Below, in pieces: positions 56,818 to 64,000 of a DNA stretch of 64,000 nucleotides. The notes under the pieces were generated by a model. That model ran no database searches, was not told the DNA's origin, and was given only the letters and a program-made list of their open reading frames with translations. Location: NCBI RefSeq assembly GCF_044324785.1, contig NZ_CP172127.1, one strand, 5' to 3'. The position numbers and the translations under genes are program-made. Each line of letters begins with the position of its first letter. Positions within the stretch are counted from its first letter, which is position 1. The DNA is from Escherichia coli (GTDB taxonomy: Bacteria; Pseudomonadota; Gammaproteobacteria; Enterobacterales; Enterobacteriaceae).

Positions 56818-59800
56818 TTATTCCGGGCGCGGCTTCAGCGGGAAGCGGCGGCGCACCAGCACAAAGAACAGCGGCACGAAGTAAATAGCCAGAATAGTGG
56901 CCGAAATCATCCCGCCCATTACGCCAGTACCCACCGCATGCTGACCACCGGAACCGGCACCCGTGCTGGTTGCCATTGGCAATACGCCGAAGATAAATGC
57001 CAGCGAGGTCATCAGAATCGGGCGTAAACGCTGACGGCAGGCGTGGAGCGTCGCTTCAAACAGGTCGTGGCCTTTTTGGTTCATCTCGTTAGCAAACTCG
57101 ACGATCAGGATGGCGTTTTTCGCCGATAAACCAATGACCGTTAACAGGCCCACCTGGAAGTAAACGTCGTTTTCCAGCCCGCGCATCCAGGTTGCCAGCA
57201 GCGCGCCGATAACCCCCAGCGGCACGACCAGCATTACCGAGAACGGCACCGACCAGCTTTCATACAGCGCCGCCAGACACAGGAATACCACCAGCAAGGA
57301 AATGGCGTACAGCGCCGGAGCCTGCGCGCCGGAAAGCCGCTCCTGATACGACATCGCCGTCCACTCCAGACCAAAGCCGTTTGGCAGCTGCTTCACTAAC
57401 GATTCCATAATATCCATCGCCGTACCGGTACTGACCCCCGGTGCGGCTTCCCCTACAATCTCTACCGCAGAATAACCGTTATAGCGTTCCAGACGCGGCG
57501 AGCCTGTCTCCCAGCGTGAGGTCGCGAAAGCAGAGAAGGGCACCATGCCGCCATCTTTATTTCGGACATACCAGAGATTGATGTCATCTGGCAGCATGCG
57601 ATATGGCGCAGCTGCCTGCACATAGACTTTCTTCACGCGACCGCGATCCATAAAGTCATTCACATAGCTCGAACCCCAGGCGGTTTGCAGTGTGTCGTTA
57701 ATATCGTCGATAGCAACGCCCAGCGCCTGAGCTTTACGCTGGTCGATATCAATCTGCAACTGCGGACTGTCGTCGAGGCCGTTATGGCGCACACGGGTTA
57801 GCTCCGGGTTTTCCGCCGCCAGCGCCAGCAACTGGTTACGTGCTGCCATCAGCGCATCGTGACCTGCCCCGGCGTGGTCCTGCAACTCCATATCAAAACC
57901 CGCAGAACTGCCAAGACCGCTAATTGCTGGCGGGCTGCTGGCGATAACGCGAGCTTCTTTAATCTTGTTAAACGCCTTCGTTGCACGCTCGATAATGGCA
58001 AACGAGGTGCCGGTCTTACTGTCGCGTTCGCTCCAGTCTTTCAGGCGGATAAACATTCGCGCCACGTTTTGCCCGTTACCCCCAGGGCCAGAACCAACAG
58101 TGGCAAACACCGACATGATGTTGTCTTTTTCATGGGTGAAGTAGTATTTCTCGATTTGCTCAACGACTTTCAGGGTCTGTTGTTGGGTTGAACCGCTGGG
58201 CAACTGTACCGAGGTAGTAAACATGCCCCGGTCTTCCAGTGGCAAGAACGACGTCGGCAAACGCAGGAACAGGAACACCATGCCGCCAAGCAGCAGGACA
58301 TAAATCACAATCCAGCGCAGGCTACGGTGGAGAATTTTCGCCACCCCTTTTTCGTAGCGTTCGGCGTTGCGGTTAAACATCTGGTTAAACCAGGCAAAAA
58401 AGCCTTTTTGCCCGTGATGCTCACCTTTTTTCAGTGGCTTAAGTAGCGTGGCACACAGAGCCGGAGTGAGGATCATCGCTACCAGTACTGACAGCACCAT
58501 CGCCGCAACAATGGTAATAGAGAACTGGCGATAGATGGCACCGGTGGTGCCGCCGAAGAAGGCCATTGGCACAAATACCGCCGAAAGCACCATCGCAATC
58601 CCGACCAGTGCCCCCTGGATCTGCCCCATCGATTTACGTGTGGCTTCGCGAGGAGTGAGTCCTTCCTCACTCATAATACGTTCGACGTTTTCCACCACCA
58701 CGATGGCGTCATCCACCAGCAGACCGATCGCCAGCACCATCGCGAACATGGTTAAGGTGTTGACGCTGTAACCGAAGGCATAAAGTACGGAGAAGGTTCC
58801 CATCAACACCACCGGCACGGCGATAGTGGGTATCAGCGTGGCGCGGAAGTTTTGCAGGAACAGATACATAACGAGGAAAACCAGAGCGATAGCTTCCAGC
58901 AGCGTTTTCACCACGTCTTCAATGGAGGCTTTAACAAACGAGGTGGTTTCATACGCCACCTTGTATTCCAGTCCATGCGGGAAATACTGCGCCAGCTCGT
59001 CAAGACGATTGAGCACCAGCTCCGCTGTCGCCATTTCGTTCGCGCCGGAGGCCAGTTTTACCCCCAACCCGGAGGCTGGCTTACCATTGAAGCGGCTAAG
59101 ATAATCGTATTTCTCCGCCCCCATTTCGACGGTGGCGACATCGCCCAGCCTTACCTCTGAGCCGTCCTGATTCACCCGCAAGGTGATATCGCGGAACTGT
59201 TCTGGTGTTTGCAGCAGTGACTGGGCGTTAATGGTGGCGTTGAGCGCCTGCTTATCGACGGAAGGCGTACCACCAAGTTGCCCAACCGCAATCTGCGCGT
59301 TCTGTGACTCAATGGCATCAGTGACATCTTTAGCCGTCATCTGGAAACTGTTGAGTTTCGCCGGGTCCAGCCAGATACGCATGGAATATTGCGAACCATA
59401 GGCATCGATATCCCCAACGCCATTCACGCGGCTTAACGGATCCTGAATATTACTGGCAACGTAATCGGCAATATCCTGTTTATCCATCGAACCATCGGTA
59501 GAGACGAAGGCAATGGTCAGAATGTTGGTATCGCCGGTTTTACGCACCGTCACGCCCTGATTTTGCACTGCCTGCGGTAACTTTCGCATGGCAGATTGCA
59601 GCTGGTTTTGTACTTGCTGCACGGCTTCGTCCGGATCGGTGCCTGCTTTAAAACTTAAAGTGACAGATGCCTGACCGGTGCCGCTGCTCTGAGATGACAT
59701 ATACATCAGATTATCGAGACCGGTCATATTTTGCTCGATAACCTGGGTCACGGTGTTTTCCAGCGTCTGGGCCGATGCGCCGGGATAGTTAGCGGTCACT

Positions 59801-59931
59801 CGCACATTCGGTGGCGCGAGATCGGGGTATTGTTCAACGGGCAATGAGAAAATCGCCAGGGTCCCTGTCAGACACAACAGGATTGCCAGCACCCAGGCAA
59901 AAATGGGGCGATCAATAAAGAAATTCGCCAT
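56818..59931 (-). CDS. acrD: RND multidrug efflux pump AcrD, 1037 aa
   Basis: [20 protein letters not shown]-terminus; RND length. Confidence 0.9.
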   Translation of the reverse strand: MANFFIDRPIFAWVLAILLCLTGTLAIFSLPVEQYPDLAPPNVRVTANYPGASAQTLENTVTQVIEQNMTGLDNLMYMSSQSSGTGQASVTLSFKAGTDPDEAVQQVQNQLQSAMRKLPQAVQNQGVTVRKTGDTNILTIAFVSTDGSMDKQDIADYVASNIQDPLSRVNGVGDIDAYGSQYSMRIWLDPAKLNSFQMTAKDVTDAIESQNAQIAVGQLGGTPSVDKQALNATINAQSLLQTPEQFRDITLRVNQDGSEVRLGDVATVEMGAEKYDYLSRFNGKPASGLGVKLASGANEMATAELVLNRLDELAQYFPHGLEYKVAYETTSFVKASIEDVVKTLLEAIALVFLVMYLFLQNFRATLIPTIAVPVVLMGTFSVLYAFGYSVNTLTMFAMVLAIGLLVDDAIVVVENVERIMSEEGLTPREATRKSMGQIQGALVGIAMVLSAVFVPMAFFGGTTGAIYRQFSITIVAAMVLSVLVAMILTPALCATLLKPLKKGEHHGQKGFFAWFNQMFNRNAERYEKGVAKILHRSLRWIVIYVLLLGGMVFLFLRLPTSFLPLEDRGMFTTSVQLPSGSTQQQTLKVVEQIEKYYFTHEKDNIMSVFATVGSGPGGNGQNVARMFIRLKDWSERDSKTGTSFAIIERATKAFNKIKEARVIASSPPAISGLGSSAGFDMELQDHAGAGHDALMAARNQLLALAAENPELTRVRHNGLDDSPQLQIDIDQRKAQALGVAIDDINDTLQTAWGSSYVNDFMDRGRVKKVYVQAAAPYRMLPDDINLWYVRNKDGGMVPFSAFATSRWETGSPRLERYNGYSAVEIVGEAAPGVSTGTAMDIMESLVKQLPNGFGLEWTAMSYQERLSGAQAPALYAISLLVVFLCLAALYESWSVPFSVMLVVPLGVIGALLATWMRGLENDVYFQVGLLTVIGLSAKNAILIVEFANEMNQKGHDLFEATLHACRQRLRPILMTSLAFIFGVLPMATSTGAGSGGQHAVGTGVMGGMISATILAIYFVPLFFVLVRRRFPLKPRPE

Positions 59932-60094
59932 TAAAAGAGGACCTCGTGTTTCTGCGTATCGTTGTAGGCTTGACTTGCTTCACTGTAGCGGCAAGGTACG
60001 AGCCAATCGTGGAGAAAAAAAGGAGTTAATGTAAATTATCATGCCCTTTTATACTGAACTTTAAGGGCCAGTATTCTTTGGTCAGTCGGAGGCA

Positions 60095-61795
60095 TTACAT
60101 CAGCTGGCTTTCCTCACCCTCCGCGGAGCGAAAGCTAATACTCACTAACGTGCCGCCGCCGGAAGGTTGTGAAAAAGTCAGCGTCCCACCCAGCCGTTCC
60201 GCGCGCTCGCGCATGATATTCAGACCATAATGACCTTCGGGTTCTTTCGGTTCACCGATGCCAATCCCGTTGTCTCGAATATAGACTGTGTGATTGCCGT
60301 CCGGCGCGGTGACGCAACTGACGGCGATTTCGCTGGCGTTGGCGTGCTTCATCGCATTCAGCACCGCTTCGCGAATAATTTGCAACAAATGCACCTGCAT
60401 TTGCGCATCCAGCGCCAGGGTTGGCAGGCGGCAGTCGAGGGTCAGTTTAGCGCTGGTTTGATTTTGTAACGTATCCAGCATTTCCCTCAACGCGGAGGGG
60501 AGATCTGCCTGCTGCAGCGTCAGGCGGAAAGTAGTCAACAGCTCGCGTAACTGCCGATAAGCATCATTCAACGCCTGGGAAAAATCGGCCATGATACTTT
60601 GTGCGGTGGTGTTATCTTCCGGTATCGAACGCTTAAGTAACGTCAACTGGATACGTAAGTAAGAAAGTACCTGAGCCAGCGAGTCGTGCAATTCGCGGGC
60701 GATGGTCGCACGTTCTTCCATCAACAGTAACTGCTGAAAATGCTTCTGCGCCTGATTAAAGTACAAACCGCGTCCCAGCATCGACGAAACGCTGTTAAGC
60801 AGCGGTTCTGATGATGAAACGTGACTATTTTGCCAGTGCAGTTCGCCGTAAACCGTCTCTTGCATTGTCACTGGTAAAATCTGCATCGGCAATTCCGGGT
60901 TTGGTTGCCCTTCGCTAATCCGCCAGTTTTCACCGACATTTAACTCCAGATATTCAGCCGCTTCATTGTCGCGCACAATCTGCAAAATATGGCGGAAACA
61001 ATGCACATCAATCTGGCTGGTGTTCAGCGCCTGCGAACACTGATACAACACCTCCAGGCGACGCTTGGCCTCGTGGAGGTCGCGGGTCTTTTCTTCTACT
61101 GACGCTTCCAGCGAACGGTACAATTTATGCAGCTCGCTCGACATCTGGTTAAAGGTTTTGGCAAGCAGGCCAAGCTCATTCGGCAGGCTGGTATCCAGCG
61201 GCGGCGAGTCGAACTGCCCGTGTTCAATACGCTGACTGGCGGTAACCAGCTGATTCAGCGGGGCAACCACCTGATGGCGTATGCGGCGCAAAGTAAAAAA
61301 GACCAGCGTGAAAATACCGATACCGCCAGCCAGGGAAATCGCCACTACCAGCAGCATTTTGCGTTCAGCGTAGTGCTGTAAAGCCAGCACGAACAGGTCT
61401 ATCTGATTAACATAATTATTAATATTGGCCTGATACCACGGCAAATCGCCTTTGCTGAGCCGATTATTCATCTCCAGCCAGTTGGCATTCAGATGCGCAT
61501 AGCGAGTTTTTACTGCTTCTGGCACATACCAGACGTTGAGGTTGGTTAATACCGGTGAATGCAGTGCCTGATGAAATAACTGGCGATGTGCATTGAGTTG
61601 CGGACTGCCACTTTGCAAGTCGTAGCCCAGGCGGTAACTCTGCATACGCAGCGATCCGGCAATATTGATAGCCTCAGCATCGCGCAAACTGCTCGCCAGA
61701 GTTAGCAGAGCGATACCCGTGGAAAGAATCGACAGCAGCACAATGTAAAAAAAGGCCCGGGCCAGACTGGCCGAGACGGGTCGTTTAACAATCAC
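60095..61795 (-). CDS. narQ: Nitrate/nitrite sensor histidine kinase NarQ, 566 aa, GTG start
   Basis: ORF 60095..61810; recalled start MIVKRPVSASLARAFF at in-frame GTG; HAMP and HisKA_3 regions. Confidence 0.85.
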   Translation of the reverse strand: MIVKRPVSASLARAFFYIVLLSILSTGIALLTLASSLRDAEAINIAGSLRMQSYRLGYDLQSGSPQLNAHRQLFHQALHSPVLTNLNVWYVPEAVKTRYAHLNANWLEMNNRLSKGDLPWYQANINNYVNQIDLFVLALQHYAERKMLLVVAISLAGGIGIFTLVFFTLRRIRHQVVAPLNQLVTASQRIEHGQFDSPPLDTSLPNELGLLAKTFNQMSSELHKLYRSLEASVEEKTRDLHEAKRRLEVLYQCSQALNTSQIDVHCFRHILQIVRDNEAAEYLELNVGENWRISEGQPNPELPMQILPVTMQETVYGELHWQNSHVSSSEPLLNSVSSMLGRGLYFNQAQKHFQQLLLMEERATIARELHDSLAQVLSYLRIQLTLLKRSIPEDNTTAQSIMADFSQALNDAYRQLRELLTTFRLTLQQADLPSALREMLDTLQNQTSAKLTLDCRLPTLALDAQMQVHLLQIIREAVLNAMKHANASEIAVSCVTAPDGNHTVYIRDNGIGIGEPKEPEGHYGLNIMRERAERLGGTLTFSQPSGGGTLVSISFRSAEGEESQLM

Positions 61796-62000
61796 ACGCG
61801 TCTTCTCCACAAAAAATCATTAATGTTCCAGCTCGCTGAAACGCAATTTAGTCAGTGATGGGATTATTTGATCTGCCACAGTTTATAGCGAAATAGTTAC
61901 TTATTCTGGGCACATGAACATTGCCGATTCCCCTGTAAGTCGGGTAATAACAACACTCATATAAAGAATAAGGTTTTTACAACCAAAAAAGAAGGTCGTT

Positions 62001-63980
62001 ATGAATCGTTTTATTATGGCCAACAGTCAGCAATGTCTGGGTTGTCATGCTTGTGAAATCGCCTGTGTCATGGCTCACAATGATGAGCAACATGTCCTGA
62101 GCCAACACCATTTTCATCCCCGAATTACGGTTATCAAACATCAGCAGCAACGTAGTGCAGTGACCTGTCACCATTGTGAAGATGCGCCCTGCGCCCGTAG
62201 CTGCCCTAATGGCGCAATCAGCCACGTTGATGACAGCATTCAGGTCAATCAGCAAAAGTGTATTGGCTGTAAATCCTGCGTGGTGGCCTGTCCATTTGGT
62301 ACGATGCAAATCGTCCTGACACCCGTCGCGGCGGGCAAAGTAAAAGCCACGGCGCATAAATGCGACCTTTGTGCAGGGCGCGAAAACGGTCCTGCCTGTG
62401 TCGAGAATTGCCCGGCGGACGCGCTGCAACTGGTCACTGACGCCGCACTCTCTGGCATGGCGAAATCCCGCCGCTTGCGTACCGCACGTCAGGAACATCA
62501 ACCGTGGCATGCCAGTACCGCGGCGCAAGAAATGCCGGTAATGAGTAAAGTCGAGCAAATGCAGGCAACGCCCGCGCGTGGCGAGCCGGACAAACTGGCG
62601 ATTGAAGCGCGCAAAACCGGTTTTGATGAAATTTATCTGCCATTCCGTGCCGATCAGGCACAACGGGAAGCCTCGCGCTGCCTTAAGTGCGGCGAGCACA
62701 GCGTTTGTGAATGGACCTGCCCGCTGCATAACCATATTCCACAGTGGATTGAACTGGTGAAAGCCGGAAACATCGACGCCGCCGTCGAGCTTTCTCACCA
62801 GACCAACACCCTGCCGGAAATTACCGGACGCGTTTGTCCGCAAGACCGTTTGTGTGAAGGTGCCTGTACTATTCGCGATGAGCACGGTGCGGTAACTATC
62901 GGCAACATTGAACGCTACATTTCAGATCAGGCGTTGGCGAAAGGTTGGCGTCCTGACTTAAGCCATGTCACCAAAGTGGACAAGCGGGTGGCGATTATCG
63001 GTGCGGGTCCGGCAGGGCTGGCCTGTGCGGATGTTCTGACCCGCAATGGCGTGGCGGTGACGGTGTACGATCGCCATCCAGAAATCGGTGGCTTGCTCAC
63101 TTTCGGCATTCCTTCTTTCAAACTGGATAAATCCCTGCTGGCACGCCGTCGGGAAATCTTCAGCGCGATGGGGATTCACTTCGAACTCAATTGTGAAGTG
63201 GGTAAAGATGTCTCTTTGGATTCGCTTTTGGAACAATACGACGCGGTCTTCGTTGGCGTAGGCACTTACCGTTCCATGAAAGCGGGTTTACCCAATGAAG
63301 ATGCGCCAGGCGTTTATGACGCGCTGCCGTTCCTCATCGCCAACACTAAACAGGTGATGGGACTCGAAGAGCTACCGGAAGAGCCGTTTATCAATACCGC
63401 CGGACTCAACGTCGTGGTACTGGGCGGCGGCGACACCGCGATGGACTGTGTGCGTACCGCGCTGCGCCACGGCGCGAGTAACGTCACCTGCGCTTATCGT
63501 CGTGATGAAGCTAACATGCCAGGCTCGAAGAAAGAGGTGAAGAACGCCCGCGAAGAGGGGGCCAACTTCGAATTTAACGTCCAGCCGGTGGCGCTTGAGC
63601 TGAATGAGCAAGGTCACGTTTGCGGGATTCGTTTCCTGCGTACGCGTCTTGGCGAGCCGGATGCCCAGGGGCGTCGGCGTCCAGTACCGGTGGAAGGCAG
63701 TGAATTTGTCATGCCAGCCGACGCGGTGATTATGGCGTTTGGCTTCAATCCACACGGGATGCCGTGGCTGGAGTCGCACGGTGTAACGGTAGACAAATGG
63801 GGCCGCATCATCGCGGATGTGGAAAGCCAGTACCGTTACCAGACCACGAATCCGAAAATCTTCGCCGGTGGTGACGCCGTGCGTGGTGCGGATCTGGTGG
63901 TTACCGCAATGGCAGAAGGACGTCATGCGGCACAGGGGATTATTGACTGGCTGGGGGTAAAATCAGTCAAATCTCACTGA
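62001..63980 (+). CDS. aegA: Fe-S/FAD oxidoreductase AegA, 659 aa
   Basis: N-terminal 4Fe-4S ferredoxin repeats then GltD-like NAD(P)-binding domain. Confidence 0.85.
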   Translation: MNRFIMANSQQCLGCHACEIACVMAHNDEQHVLSQHHFHPRITVIKHQQQRSAVTCHHCEDAPCARSCPNGAISHVDDSIQVNQQKCIGCKSCVVACPFGTMQIVLTPVAAGKVKATAHKCDLCAGRENGPACVENCPADALQLVTDAALSGMAKSRRLRTARQEHQPWHASTAAQEMPVMSKVEQMQATPARGEPDKLAIEARKTGFDEIYLPFRADQAQREASRCLKCGEHSVCEWTCPLHNHIPQWIELVKAGNIDAAVELSHQTNTLPEITGRVCPQDRLCEGACTIRDEHGAVTIGNIERYISDQALAKGWRPDLSHVTKVDKRVAIIGAGPAGLACADVLTRNGVAVTVYDRHPEIGGLLTFGIPSFKLDKSLLARRREIFSAMGIHFELNCEVGKDVSLDSLLEQYDAVFVGVGTYRSMKAGLPNEDAPGVYDALPFLIANTKQVMGLEELPEEPFINTAGLNVVVLGGGDTAMDCVRTALRHGASNVTCAYRRDEANMPGSKKEVKNAREEGANFEFNVQPVALELNEQGHVCGIRFLRTRLGEPDAQGRRRPVPVEGSEFVMPADAVIMAFGFNPHGMPWLESHGVTVDKWGRIIADVESQYRYQTTNPKIFAGGDAVRGADLVVTAMAEGRHAAQGIIDWLGVKSVKSH

Positions 63981-64000
63981 TAGCCTGCGCAGACAAACCC

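Overview
The window has two parts. Bases 1 to about 15385 are the right-hand end of an integrated podovirus-like prophage; the rest is E. coli K-12-like chromosome running yfgI to aegA, interrupted by one IS5. No tRNA, rRNA or CRISPR array was seen. Prophage: a translationally coupled block of large virion/ejection-type proteins (1-7514), an accessory (moron) island on mostly the opposite strand (7524-10320), a mosaic tailspike (10477-13233) and a lysis cassette (holin, GH19 endolysin, Rz with embedded Rz1), ending at an attR that appears to rebuild the last codons of guaA. Most interesting: the moron island holds (i) an AT-rich two-gene cassette with its own promoter and terminator (a 55-aa basic protein plus a 146-aa methionine-free protein needing a TTG start) that I cannot assign to any family, (ii) a near-consensus LexA box in front of an 85-aa gene that is a stand-alone paralogue of the C-terminal domain of the adjacent Bro-N antirepressor-like protein, and (iii) a heavily structured 3' region with a three-way junction. 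Chromosome: yfgI-yfgH-yfgG, IS5 (TTAG target duplication) 107 bp upstream of pdeF, then ppx-ppk, purNM, upp-uraA, hda, arsC, bepA, perM, focB, the complete hyfR-hyfJIHGFEDCBA operon, bcp, gcvR, dapA, bamC, purC, ypfJ, tmcA, ypfH, ypfN, dapE, yffB, ypfM, acrD, narQ, aegA. All identifications are from reading the sequence and recalled protein families; no database search was run, and coordinates of start codons are best estimates.
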